From contig CM120641.1 in the NCBI GenBank assembly GCA_051362555.1, forward strand, positions 41,546,401 through 41,610,400: a stretch of DNA of 64,000 bases, in the 5' to 3' direction. Source of the DNA: Lingula anatina (taxonomy: Eukaryota; Animalia; Brachiopoda). Below the pieces are notes generated by a model. It had not been told where the DNA came from, did no database searches, and saw nothing but the letters and a program-made list of their open reading frames with translations. Of the stretch, positions 1 to 12,331 are shown piece by piece (within the stretch, counting starts at the first letter, position 1; each line of letters opens with the position of its first letter). The position numbers and the translations under genes were made by a program.

Positions 1-85
1 CCAGAATACATGTATGTATATAATATCATCAAATCTATTCTAATCAGAATTCATTATATCTTTCGACTTTCCTTCCATGCTACTA

Positions 86-803
86 CAGGGTTGCCAGTTA
101 GTTGAGCAAATAAAATTCCCCGACAGAGAAGAATTTCATCAGCTGTGTTATGTTATAAGAATGATGTGATATTTTTCTTCAGTCAACAGATAATATTGAG
201 ATAGTTCCCTGAAAAAGATGTCCTGCTAGACATCGAATTTTGGAGGTAAAAACTATCTAAATATTAGCAGTTGACTTAAGAAGAAATCACGTCATTCTTA
301 AAATTCCCTGATTTTTCATTGACTTATCACTGACCAAATCCTGTTTTTCATTGACCAATACCACATAGTTTTTCTGCCTTCACATCCCTTACAACCGTCC
401 TATTCACTCATAATTGTTTAATTATCTTATTTAAACCAATTCTTATCATGATTTATAACAATGAACAAACATTCATATATCAAAGTTTAACATAGATAAA
501 ATCTTACTGATAAATTTAGTCAGAGAGTATAGCTAATTTATACTGCTGGAAGACTGCCATAGCCCTAGAAAATATGAAAATCTTCCTAAAATTTTATTTC
601 TTCCTGACTTTTCCCTGATTTTTTTTTTTTTTTTTTTTTTGAAATTCAGTTTTCTCTGACCAAAATGCAAATTTCCCTGCCAATTTCACTGACATTGAAA
701 AAAAATCAAGTAAACCCTTGTTTTCGCTCATAAGTCGGAAAAGTAGGGAAAAAAATAAAAGAAAAATGATTTGGAAAAAATATTCCATTAAATGTCAACT
801 CTG
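86..803. mobile_element. Degenerate non-autonomous DNA transposon (hAT-like termini)
   Basis: Left end CAGGGTTGCCA (86-96); right end TGTCAACTCTG (793-803) is a 9/11 inverted match. TTCCCTGA/TTCCCCGA/TTCACTGA motifs recur internally. No 8-bp TSD visible. Confidence 0.4.
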
Positions 804-1012
804 AATATGAAATACATGCAATTAATAATTGCTCTCTTCAACTATTTGATACATGTATACCTTGTATCTGTCAAGCAAAGCGAGGAAGAAAATCGTCCTT
901 GTCCCCTACCCACTAAACCACCTCAGCAAAATTTGCTTGTGGCTAATGCATTGGCTCTAAAATCAGAATCAGCTCTTCAGATATTAATTATTTACTGGAA
1001 TGTACAAAATTC

Positions 1013-2377
1013 CTATCCATCTGACCATGATTCATCTGACTCTGGAGCATTTGGTGTTTGTGAGAACCCGACGCTGATATCCCTTGTATGAATATAAGCG
1101 GCTAAAAATTCATCGATTGGCATTTGACTGGTTCGTCTTTCTGTAGAGTCGTGATGCTCACTGTCTTGCTCGGTGAGTAAGGCGGAAGCGCTTTGCGATC
1201 GTCGCATAGCGGTGGCTGAGGTAGACGCAATGTCTTCATTTGCTAATGGTTGTAAATTCCCCTTGTCGCCGAGTATATCTAGCATTTCAGCTATGCTATG
1301 TGGTTTTCGTACCCGAACAAATGGGACTGCATGTGAAGCACTATCCATCCAAGTTTTTAAAGAGGACGGCTTACTGAGAACAAGTTTACCTGTTAGATTA
1401 TTACTTTCATTTTCCAGGTTCGTTGTTGTATAGGTTTTCTTGGGCGAAACCTTTCGTCTTAACCCAGCGGTTCTCGGTTCCAAATCGAAACTCCTCACAA
1501 CTTTTGGCACGAAGGTAACTTTAAATCCTTTGGCAGTTGATGGAGGCAAGATTGTTTCCTTTTTTAGTTTTATGAGGTCACTAAATAGTTGAGGTTGATG
1601 TTCAATAAAGTCTAAATCTGAGTCATTTTCAATTGAGTCCTCCCCGCTTTGACGTGCGTTTCCAATACGGTCTCGGATTCTATTGATCAATTCTCTTCCG
1701 GTGAAAAACGGCTCCATTTCATCTGCATATATTTCATCAACGTTCTTTAGCAAATCGTCTCCTTGTTTCCTAATTAAACTACACAAACTTTCAACTTTGT
1801 TGGTGATTTGTTGGCTTATGGAATCTTTTTCATTTTGGCACGTGCTTATAATGTCCTCGAGCTCTTCGTGTGCTTTGTCATAAGCTATGGCCAATGGCGA
1901 TATATCTGAAAGACAGTTGTCAAGAGAAATGCGCCTCTCCGCAGCAACTTCTTTTACTGTTGTAAATCTATGATTTTCGTGTCCTTGTGCCAAACACTTT
2001 AAACAAATCGGGGTGCCTTCTTCTCTACAAAACAGAACAATCTCTTCCGTAGGGTGCTCTTGGCATCGCTTTATCTCCCTTTGATCCTCTTGGACATGCC
2101 CTGATGCGGCGTGACTTACAGGACGCTCTATAAGGTCCCCAACGAGCCCCGCCGCCAGAAAACTTCTTGGCAAGCTAGCTGTACCCCTGGGTCCCACTTT
2201 GACTATCTCTCTACAAATTGGACAACAAACTGACCTGTCCCCCCTCATAATGCCGCTAAGACATGCCAAACAGAAGATATGCTGACATGGTAGAGTTCTC
2301 GGGTCGTCGTAAAGTTCCAGACATACTGGGCAGGTGAGCGCAGTATTTAGGGTCTGGTCCAGGCTACTTGTTGCCAT
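1013..2377 (-). CDS. TRIM (RBCC) E3 ubiquitin ligase-like protein, copy 1: C3HC4 RING, one B-box, coiled coil, low-complexity C-terminal tail with no recognisable domain
   Basis: 454-aa uninterrupted ORF. RING CPVC..LPCQHIFCLAC..CPICR; B-box2 CQEHPTEEIVLFC..ICLKCLAQGHENH; helical coiled-coil region follows. Confidence 0.93.
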   Translation of the reverse strand: MATSSLDQTLNTALTCPVCLELYDDPRTLPCQHIFCLACLSGIMRGDRSVCCPICREIVKVGPRGTASLPRSFLAAGLVGDLIERPVSHAASGHVQEDQREIKRCQEHPTEEIVLFCREEGTPICLKCLAQGHENHRFTTVKEVAAERRISLDNCLSDISPLAIAYDKAHEELEDIISTCQNEKDSISQQITNKVESLCSLIRKQGDDLLKNVDEIYADEMEPFFTGRELINRIRDRIGNARQSGEDSIENDSDLDFIEHQPQLFSDLIKLKKETILPPSTAKGFKVTFVPKVVRSFDLEPRTAGLRRKVSPKKTYTTTNLENESNNLTGKLVLSKPSSLKTWMDSASHAVPFVRVRKPHSIAEMLDILGDKGNLQPLANEDIASTSATAMRRSQSASALLTEQDSEHHDSTERRTSQMPIDEFLAAYIHTRDISVGFSQTPNAPESDESWSDG

Positions 2378-2417
2378 TCTGAGTCAACTCTTTAGTCAAG
2401 CTTTGGTAAAAAAAAAT

Positions 2418-2440
2418 CCTGGAAAATGATAATAAAAGAA
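2418..2440 (-). other. Splice acceptor about 40 nt upstream of TRIM copy 1 ATG (5' UTR intron)
   Basis: Minus strand reads ttcttttattatcattttccAG|G (AG at 2420-2419, exon starts 2418); the same site is conserved in copy 2. Confidence 0.7.
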
Positions 2441-4251
2441 GATTATAAAAGGGATGAATTGAGGATGACTAAACCAACGAACAAACAAATAAACAAACAA
2501 AAATTCCGATAAGCAAACAAGAAGCCCTGCATTGTTCTCTTACACAAAAACATTGTAAATGAGCACCTGATTAAACTGTTGCATGTATGCTGGATAAGCG
2601 CAAGGATTTAACCGGCAAAGCAGCATGATATAGATTAACGCTTTCCAAAAACCTTATCGTATTTGAACTTTATACACAATATCACGTCAGTTAGAAGGCA
2701 TGTATACAGTTTATAACTTATCCCCATAGATTAGTAACGTTTATCTGCTATGTACAGAAAGCAGAGCGGTCTATCAGGCAGCACATTATATCGAAATTTA
2801 TAATATATAAAAATAGTACACTAACAGTTAGACGTGCCATGATAGGAGCACCTATCAGTTAACCTTGTTTAAAGTCCATTGAGGAAGGTCAAACCACCTA
2901 TTGTTCCCACTGAATTCGTTTATAAAATAACGTTAGTTCATTCGTACCAGCATATACAAAATAAAATAAAATAAAATAAAATATATATTTCAGATAGTTC
3001 ATTGGTCGACGTGCCTTTTTACTGAATGCTGCAGTTGTTCCGGAGTGCACAGGGAGATTCATTAAGAGACTGACAAAACTTGTTGTGTCAGTGTGCTCAC
3101 TGGACAAAGTGAAGATTTTTGTGGGACAAAAATGCTTCAAATCACGTTCCTTTAAGCACATTCCTTAATTTATTACATGTGTAAACTTTAAAAACTGTTT
3201 GGAAAATAATCACGAACATGACAGTTTGTGGTGTACCACGATTCAGCATAATTTCCTCCAGTACTTCAAATCGTGGCTGAGACAAATGCGATTGTTTTCA
3301 CATCTACAGCAATTACATTTTTGAAACGTGTCGTCTCACTCCAGATGCAGACCCGGTTTTACAGTATAATTTTCGCGTAAATCTATTGAAGCAATCTTTA
3401 AATTAAGCGCGTTACACATGTGAAGGTATACATTTGAGTTAAAAAGACTTCTGTCGCAAGCATTTAAATCGGCTGATGTGATTTTGCATTATTTACAACA
3501 TGGTCATTTAGGGTATTCACGTATTCATAAGGCATATAACTGGATCAGGCATTTATCAGGGCATTAATCATCGTAAATAGCTCACTGACACAGATCTATA
3601 TGAAAAGTGCTGTTTGTCATGATTTAATCAGACATAGGTCCACATGAGTGTGAAACAAACATGGTGACACCAATATCGTTATGTCTAATCGATAGTTTTA
3701 ATACGAATGCTAGGTGTAGCCATCAAAAAGGGGTACATGAAGGGACTGCAGGTACTGCAAAAAGGCAGCACCCGGAATTTTTTTCTTTTTATAAAAGACA
3801 GAGACACCTGTATCAATTGTCACTGGTTTTTAACTGTAGTTAAACTGTCGACTTAACATTAGGTACTATATATATATCGACTTATATTAAGGTATAACAA
3901 CAGTTACGTGCTTAGATTTGGAGGTACGTGTTTCCCACTTTAAATCTCTCCGCCCCCAACAAAGTTTAAAATCTATGCAATAGGAAACTAAGTCAGGGAA
4001 TGTTTCCGTTCTTGTGCACTATATATCATAAGGTATAATTGTCCTCGTATCTAGTACCGTGTAACTGCCAAGCGAGGTGAGACACAAAAATCGTCCTTGC
4101 GGTAAAACCCCCATCGACCCACCCACCATTTAACAAAATGTATCCGCTGTGGGCCAACAGAGAGGAGACGCCCGCAATGCTGTTAACGACTTAGCATTAA
4201 AACAGAATCAGCCCTTCAGATATCCGATATCTACTGGAATGTACCAAAATC

Positions 4252-5601
4252 TTATTCATCTGACTCTGGAGCATTTGGCGTTTGGGAGCATCCGGCACTG
4301 CTATTCCTTGTATCAATATACGCAGCTACAAATTCATCGATTGGCATTTGACTGGTTTGCCTTTGTGTAACGTCCCCATGTCTAGTGTCTTGCACCCTGC
4401 GTACGGCGGAAACGCTTTGCGCTCGTCGCATTGGGGTGCTTGAGGTAGACGCAATGTCTTCACTTGCTAATTGTTGTTCATCCTCTTTGTGGCCAAGAAT
4501 ATCTAGCATTCCACCTATGCTGTGTGGCCTTTGTAGACTTGCAAATGGGACTGCATGTGAAGCACTATCCATCCAAGCCTTTAAAGAGGACGGCTTACTG
4601 AGAACGAGTTTACCTGTTAGATTATTACTTTCTTTTTCAAGGTTCGTTGTTGTGTAGGTTTTCTTGGGCGAAACCTTTCGTCTCAACCCAGCGGTGGTCG
4701 GTTCTTCATCGAAACTCTTCAAAACTTTTGGCACGAAGGTAACTTTAAATCCTTTGGCAGTTGATGGAGGCAAGATTGTTTCCTTTTTTAGTTTAATGAG
4801 GTCACTACATAGTTGAGGCTGATGCTCTATAAAGTCTAAATCTGAGTCATTTTTAATTGAGTCTTCCCCGCTTTGTCGTGTGTCTTTTATGCGGTCACGG
4901 ATCCTGTTGATCAATGCTCTTCCAGTGAAAAACGGCTCCATTTCATGTGCATATATTTCATCAACAGTCTTTAGCAAATCGTCTCCTTGTTTCCTAATTA
5001 AACTGCACAAACTTTCAACTTTGTTGTTGATTTGTTGACTTATGGAATCTTTTTCATTTTGGCACGTGCTTATTATGTCCTCGAGTTCTTCGTGTGCTTT
5101 GTCATAAGCTGTGGCTAATGGCAGTATATCTGAAAGACACTTGTAAAGGGAAGTGCGCCTGTCAGCGGCAGCTTCCTTGACTGTCGTAAATTTATGTTTT
5201 TTGTGTCCTAGTGCCAGACATTGCAAACAAATCAGGGCGCTGTCTTTTCTGCAGAACAGAGAAATCTCTTCCGCCGGGTGCTTTTGGCACCGTCTTCTTC
5301 TCCACTGGTTTTCTGGGGCATTTCTTGATGCGGGGTGAGTAACAGGACGCCCTTGAAGGTTTCCAACGAGTCCCGCCGCCAGTAAACTTTTTGGCAAGCT
5401 AGCTGTACCCCTGGGTCCCACTTTGACTATCTTTCTACAAATTGGACAACAAACTGACCTGTCCGCTTTCATAATGCCGCTAAGACATGCCAGACAGAAG
5501 ATATGCTGACATGGTAGAGTTCTGGGGTCTTTATAAAGGTCCAAACATACCGAACAGGTGAGCGCAGTATTCAGGGACTGGTCCAGGCTGCTTGTTGCCA
5601 T
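4252..5601 (-). CDS. TRIM (RBCC) E3 ubiquitin ligase-like protein, copy 2 (tandem paralog of copy 1)
   Basis: 449-aa uninterrupted ORF, colinear with copy 1. RING CSVC..LPCQHIFCLAC..CPICR; B-box CQKHPAEEISLFC..ICLQCLALGHKKH; long identical stretches in the coiled coil. Confidence 0.93.
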   Translation of the reverse strand: MATSSLDQSLNTALTCSVCLDLYKDPRTLPCQHIFCLACLSGIMKADRSVCCPICRKIVKVGPRGTASLPKSLLAAGLVGNLQGRPVTHPASRNAPENQWRRRRCQKHPAEEISLFCRKDSALICLQCLALGHKKHKFTTVKEAAADRRTSLYKCLSDILPLATAYDKAHEELEDIISTCQNEKDSISQQINNKVESLCSLIRKQGDDLLKTVDEIYAHEMEPFFTGRALINRIRDRIKDTRQSGEDSIKNDSDLDFIEHQPQLCSDLIKLKKETILPPSTAKGFKVTFVPKVLKSFDEEPTTAGLRRKVSPKKTYTTTNLEKESNNLTGKLVLSKPSSLKAWMDSASHAVPFASLQRPHSIGGMLDILGHKEDEQQLASEDIASTSSTPMRRAQSVSAVRRVQDTRHGDVTQRQTSQMPIDEFVAAYIDTRNSSAGCSQTPNAPESDE

Positions 5602-5641
5602 TTTTAAAGTCCACTCTTTGGTTGTTGCTTAAGTACAAAAT

Positions 5642-5667
5642 CCTGGAAAATGAGAATAAAAGAAAAA
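5642..5667 (-). other. Splice acceptor about 40 nt upstream of TRIM copy 2 ATG
   Basis: Minus strand reads tttttcttttattctcattttccAG|G (AG at 5644-5643, exon starts 5642). Confidence 0.7.
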
Positions 5668-6186
5668 ATAAATGGATGATCATGAATTGAGGATGACTGA
5701 TCAAATAAAAGAACTTCAGTTAGGCAAACAAAAAGCCGAAATTTGTATCACTATTGTTCTCTTACACAACAACATGGTAAATGAGCACCAGATAAACCAT
5801 CCGCATATACTAGTACCTGTATGCTGGATTTCCGCAGGGATTTAACCGACAAAGCAAATGTTGCAGATTAAGCGCTTGACGAACACCTTATCATATTTTA
5901 AATATACATGTGTCAAGAATATCACATGTCAGTGAGAACGCATGTATCCTGATTGATAACGTTCATCGGTTATATATTTAGAAAGTAGAGCGGTCTATCA
6001 GGCTCTGCGTTATATCAACAGTTATAATATACATTATATATAAGACACTTACAGCTGGACGTGCCATGGTAAATGTACTTAACTGTGAGCCTTGTTGTAA
6101 GTTCAGAGTCCATAGGGAAATCACTTTTATTATAAGAACCCCTATGACATTGGGGGGGGAGGGGAGGCGGGGATAAACCTGCTCGG

Positions 6187-6191
<5 letters not shown>

Positions 6192-6228
<37 letters not shown>

Positions 6229-6245
6229 GGGGGGGGGGGGGGGGG
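6192..6245. repeat. (GA)n microsatellite followed by poly-G
   Basis: Directly visible. Confidence 0.95.
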
Positions 6246-7404
6246 CGACTCCCCAGTGCACAGAATGTCAAACCACCGACCCCTTGAATTTGACTATAAA
6301 ACCACATCAGTTCATGAGAACAGTGTATGTTGAACTTTGTATTTTAGGTCGCTTTTTGATCTTAAATATCGTGCGTACGTGAAGACTTCATATCGTTGCG
6401 TGAGGGATAGTGGGCGAGTGGGACATGCGTGTGAACTATGAAACTGAATCTGGTATTTATAATATACTGATCTTCGTGGCTTATGTTATAATAATAATAA
6501 TAATAATAATAATTTAATTAAAATTTGGAACTCATTGTGTTGAAGTTGTACATATGCACGAAAGAAATTTATATGTTCATATTTACTAGTAGAAAGAGAA
6601 ACACTATCTACCTTGCTTGTAATGATTAACCTTCTAAGTAAGATTACATCTCATTCTCCATAACTCAAGAGAAGACTCTAATGTTTGCGAAGGGAGTATT
6701 AGGCTAGTACGTAGAATGAGCAATGTTTGTTTTTTCGACGTAAAATAAACGCTGCACTTAGCAGCCACATTATTCCCATACACCTTGCAGGTTTATATTC
6801 GTTATTTTAAATCTGACATTAAGAATGAACAGGTAGACCATCCAATGTTTACAGGTTTATCGAGGAATGGGGTCGAATAATATAATTTACAATAAAACAA
6901 TTTCAACTCTACATACAAATGAGTCAAGTCCGTATATTTTTCTGTCAATTTTTATTTGGGCCTTAAACATTTTATCACTTATATAAACATTAACATGTAT
7001 ACCCGGTATATCTAGAGGATATTTTCAATTTTAAAATTTGAGTATATATATATATAGACTTGGGATTGGATGTCTTGCCTTGCCTTGTGCCAGTGCATGT
7101 TTATGTTTGTGTACTTATTGATATTTTCCTCAGGGAAAACACATGACACGTTCATGATTTATAAATGGATCATTTCACACCAAAGGTGCATCTCAGTCTG
7201 CCCTGACTCAAGAATTGAAATCTATATTTAGAAATACATGAAAAGATGACAAATATCCTTGTCTCTACGTAACCTTTTGGATATTACGGGCAAAACGGTT
7301 TTATTTACAACTAGTGCATGTAAAATGCACAGTGTATGACGCATATGCTATTTATACTGCAGCTATGTGTATTTTAACGTAATATTTCCTTCATGTATAC
7401 CTAC

Positions 7405-7590
7405 CTTAGATGCCTCCCAAGACGCGGGATTGTTAACCGGAACTTAAGTTGGCTATTCCTTATTCAAACTGTTACGGTTACATTATCCGCTATAGTCTGA
7501 AACGAACGACGAGCCAGGTGTAGCATCTAAGTGATACACTTCTCTTGGAAAAGACTGTTGGCTGCACGAAGCGCATGCGCGCACCAATTG
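7405..7590 (-). promoter_or_regulatory. Candidate promoter and non-coding first exon for the TRIM locus
   Basis: NRF1-type palindrome GCGCATGCGC at about 7571-7580 with adjacent CCAAT in a locally CpG-richer patch; consensus minus-strand donor AAG|GTAGGT with exon end at 7405. Confidence 0.45.
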
Positions 7591-8883
7591 CCTGACACTA
7601 ACTGAAAATATATGTAAGCCGCGTTACTCATCATTCAGACAGACTATACTTCCCTTTTTGAGCGTGGGATGATATTTTTCAAGTTGTTTTTTTCTGTGTC
7701 ATATAAGATGAAAAGATAAGGGAAGTTCTGAAAAATGATTTATTTTCAAAACACGACTAAGCGCTACTTAAATGTAGCAGGTAATATTCCAGTAGAAAAA
7801 TGAAGAATGATACAATTATTATTAGTCATACGATAAACACTTTATAATATATCACGACAGAGAGGTACATGTATACTACGACAAGTGCAGAATAGTTTTC
7901 AGAGCGTATGTCTTTATTTCATTCTTTAATTATTGTCAATCATCAGAGTAAAAACATCGGACCTATGCATTGAACCCGCCACATGATTTTTTACCGGTTA
8001 CATCTGTTTAGAATACCAATAATATTATCATAACAGGGCATCGTGCATGGGTGTTGGGGAATATTGCGCCAGTGGAGACAAGTTGTGACATATATCCTTG
8101 TAACCTATCCACATACAATGAGTCCCTCTGGTCAGATAACACATTCATGGTATAGAGAGGAAAACTATACTGTATGGCATACTGTGATGAAGGCATGCAT
8201 GTGCCCCGTATAAGTTATAGGAGACGCCGCACCGGCATGGTTAAAGAAAACGTCCGTGCGTGGGATTTGTCCCCGACTAACATAAACAAGCTTTCTTTGC
8301 GTGCTCATCACGCAGTCAAAATTAAGTATTGGGACAAGAGTTATATACATGTAAGTGACCATTTCAAAATGTTGTTAAATTTATTTTAAGCCTTAATATC
8401 ACACGATCATCCAAACACTATTTGCGTATTAATTTCGAGTAATTTTTTTGTCGTGTTGTTACTTTTATTTCGAAAAAAAGTAACATGCCCCAGAGAAATG
8501 TCGTAAAAATCCTTTGCGAAGTCATTTTAAATAATGACATGTACATGCTACAGAAATGGCTTTCTTGGAAAATAATGTAACCTTATCACCAGTATTTTAT
8601 GTCTGTTACTTACTTGCTGAGTACATTCGAACTGATTTGGAGTAATATTGCCGTCACTTTATAAATGGCTTCATGTTTAAGTACTAACTCGAGCTTATGA
8701 AAGTATCTGAAAATAGGTTTATTAAATCGTGTGACATGTGGCAGTATAATATGGCAGAAAACGATAAGGATTGCTGGGTATTACAAGTAAAGAAACTGTT
8801 GTATGGGTACAGTTTAGGAATAGCCTGGACTAAATAAGGAGTGGGGGATGAATGTTCAATAATAAAGAAATTCCGTTAAAGGT

Positions 8884-9150
8884 CAGTGGCAGATTTAGAG
8901 GGGGAGGTCAGGGAGGTCCTGACCCCCCTTCGGTTTCTGAAAACAATCACACCAATGTTCCCGTCTTGCAATTAGAATTTTGACCAGATGATTTTTAGAT
9001 CTTAACCCTCAAAATAACACCGTTTGCCCTCCAAAACACCAAAATGTGTTCTGGGGTCATTCAGCGGGCCCCGGACCCACCACGCTTCGAATCTGAGGCC
9101 TGTTATTCGTAAAAAAAACGGGCCCCCATCAAATCCTAGGTCTACCCCTG
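8884..9150. mobile_element. MITE with degenerate CAG(T/G)GG termini
   Basis: Left CAGTGGCAGATTTAG versus right CTAGGTCTACCCCTG (imperfect inverted repeat). Related termini at about 9322 (CAGTGGCGGAT) and about 15831-15980 (AGGGGCG...CGCCCCTG). Confidence 0.5.
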
Positions 9151-9879
9151 TCATACCACCTGTAAAACACGTTCAGCAGACAAAAAAGTATCTTCGTTGC
9201 AGAAAATTATTTGCCAAATATGTTTTTTTTTCTCAAAATGCGCATCGTCGCAATTGATTTTACACGTTTGAACGTTTTGTAATGATTTCCTCTTCTAATA
9301 GGAGCTTGCTTAAACCAAAACCAGTGGCGGATATTGAGGGATTTTCATGTTTAAAGAGAGATCAGTATATGAAAATCAGAATTTTCTCAAAACAGAATTT
9401 TAATCTTTTAAAAATATTTTAACTTTTATTTAACAATAGAAAAAAAAACGTATGACATACCTTACCACATGCTTACAATTTATTACAAAATACATCATTG
9501 TTGGATCGATTAGTAATTAGATCTTAACTTAACTAAGGAACATACAGAATGGTGTTAGCGACCTTCTAACTGGTAGTCGCATATGCTGTTAAAACAAAAA
9601 TTCAAACTACCAATAACCGGAAACGTATTTTATCTTGCATTTGCAGATATCTATGCGGGAGAGATTCTTTCATCCGTAGTAAAATCATGAAGATAATCAC
9701 GTAAAGAGAAATTATCCTTCACTACAGTCTAACCATATTTACGGCCCATAAATATCGATATCCTAAAATGCTATGAATGAGAAAAAACTACAAATTGGTT
9801 TTTGTTGTGTGTAACCATGATTAGATTTAAACCAACTGGATTCACCCCGTGGAGGCTAGAGTGACATACATGTATAGTG

Positions 9880-10140
9880 GTTCGAAGCGGTGTCATTTCT
9901 TCAATACTCCTCTTGCACGTCTTCTGAAAGCAATGTTATGATGTCCCAAAGGCATTGTTGTGCACCCGTTGTAAGCGATGCAATTACATGTACCGGTACT
10001 ATCCCGTATAAAATGTGGCCGCCATGGGAATGAGATTGAAATGGTGCATCTGGCAGTTTAATAGCTCCACTGCATTCGCATATAACCACGATGTAATCTT
10101 TTGTGCATTTTGCAGCCTGAAATTTCTTTTCAAACATTGT
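9880..10140 (-). mobile_element. Highly decayed L2/CR1-type LINE reverse transcriptase fragment
   Basis: Minus-strand peptides AIKLPDAPFQSHSHGGHILYGI and, after a frameshift, LHRLQRVHNNA resemble the L2/CR1 post-RT motif 'KLVHAF.SRLDY.N.LLYG....RLQRVQN.A'. Recognised by eye only. Confidence 0.45.
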
Positions 10141-11932
10141 ATAGGTGTTAAAAGCAAATGGTAAAATTATTTATCTGTTTGGAATAAGGGAGAGTAAATA
10201 CAAATGAATAAAGATAAAAATGAATTAACTGTATCAATAATGTATTTTAATACATAATTAAAATAATGCATTATTAATATAAGTACGTTTGAGTTAATTG
10301 TGACTGTTTGCGCCCTGGAGCGGCGCTTGAGAGGAGATTGGCATTATTACAATTGTAATAGGCCTATATGTATATGTTTATGTAGCTGGAGACTAATTAT
10401 ATGTTTTTGCATATTCCTATTTTTGTGCTCATCGTCAAATACACAGTCTATTCAAAATAAAATGCATTCTATTAGACAAATATTAAGCAATGTAATACCA
10501 TCATACAAAATGTGATGTTGTCATAACATTAAGGTACCGATTGAACTACAGGAGGTTTTTTTTCATAAAATGATATTCAATTTAATATATCACAAATATC
10601 TTATTACTTTAATGTATTTGTAATTTTGTTCATAATTATTGATAAATAATAAACAGTGATGAAGACCATGCTGGTGGAGTTATTAATTTTCTAAAAGGTT
10701 TTTATATCGCGCGGCGTACTGTAGGTAGTAAAATTAATCTTCTTCTTAATCTTAAGCTGCTATCAATCTTTATCTGTTATCATTTTGCAAACCGAGGCCA
10801 ATTTTGCTTCAGCCTCTATGTCGAAGGTCCGGATATTGACCTTGTTAGAGATTTACTGAACCTACCCTTCTAAAGCCGCAGACGTTTTTTTTTTTCTCCC
10901 TCTGCTCACCGTCGAATGCCTGCGTTAATAACAAAGCTTCGGGCACTCTGCAATTTGTTTTCGAGGCCATAATCTGGATTACATATTCAAGTAGAGCCCC
11001 TTGCCTCATCTCAATCTGCCTTTTAATAAGGTGTTATTAGACTCGCTAATTGACATCTCACTCGTGTGATTGGCATGACATTTTGTTGACGCTCCAATTT
11101 CCTCAATCAGAGAAATCTGATAATAGTAGCCAATATCAGTGATAACGTTTGGAAAAACAACCCATGCCACGTACGTTTCAGTCTTTCCAAATAACTAATA
11201 TTATGTCCAAGAATATTTTAATAAAAAATGAGTGAATGGATGAGTAAATGAAATTTAAACTTGGAATGGCGGAAAAGTACAAATGAAGGAAGATTTACCT
11301 GAATTCCAGGAAGATTTACCGTACATATATAAACGCCATATTGTAGATAATCTTCTGTTTATCAAGTCCCCCAGAAAATGTAATATCCAGATTCGCTGAG
11401 TTCATGCCCGTCGGTTCTAAGTATAATAACCAGTGCAAATTGAGTTCAAGTCGTCTGGAATACCCGAGTGTCACTATATACCTGTATGTATTAGTACATG
11501 TAGGCCTACACTTTACATAAGTTCCTTAAGTCTACAGCTGGTTTTTCGAATATTCTTGTATGGTATTATTTAAAATGATATAGCATCCAAATCCTAACTC
11601 GGTTGTCAACAAAGCCAAAACAAAGATCAATATAACAACTTGCCAACCTAATTTATATTACTTATACGGTGGCCTCATATAACAAAGCCCTGAATATTTT
11701 AGATAATTTTTCCCACGATACAAAAGGCTCGCTCATTGTTTAGGAAGTGAGTCGCAATAAAACTCAGGATATGGTATTGTCCGTTCAGAGAAGGTGGTTG
11801 TCGGTTAAATGACTAAAAAATAAATAGCCCTCTCTTTCATTGGCAAATCAGTTATTGAGACACCTTTATAAACACGTGAAAACACATCTGCCTTGAATAT
11901 CGTACTACATGCCGGGTATTCCTGCGATGATT

Positions 11933-11934
<2 letters not shown>

Positions 11935-12007
<73 letters not shown>

Positions 12008-12102
12008 AAATGCCCATGCCGAAAAATATGAGTATGTAATGTTAAAAACATGTCCATATTTGCCAAACATATCCATAATTAGAATTGCTGCATGATCCCT
12101 TT

Positions 12103-12138
<36 letters not shown>

Positions 12139-12256
12139 TAATAATAATAATATATAATAATATAAATATATATATAAGCAACAAAAAGCTGTTACGTAAG
12201 GTTTAACGTCACGTATGTGCCAGTGGAATCTCCTAATGTGGATTAAAGTAAATGGC

Positions 12257-12327
<71 letters not shown>
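11935..12327. repeat. Microsatellite cluster: (GT)n-(GA)n, (AAT)n, (TA)n
   Basis: Directly visible at about 11935-12004, 12105-12150 and 12258-12327. Confidence 0.95.

Positions 12328-12331
<4 letters not shown>

Larger units (their letters stand above)
840..6120. repeat. Tandem duplication of an about 2.1 kb TRIM unit (about 840-2890 and about 4030-6120)
   Basis: Homology extends beyond the CDSs: AAAATCGTCCTTG (~890 / ~4088), ATTGTTCTCTTACACAA (~2531 / ~5753), AGAGCGGTCTATCAGGC (~2763 / ~5987), GACGTGCCATG (~2831 / ~6058). Confidence 0.85.

Noticed and set aside
1173-1883. Plus-strand ORFs overlapping the TRIM genes (also 4385-4657, 5153-5338)
   Set aside because: Antisense shadows of the real CDS, repeated only because the CDS is duplicated.
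10740-11170. Possible RTE-like retroelement remnant on the minus strand (EMRQGALL)
   Set aside because: A single weak motif is insufficient.
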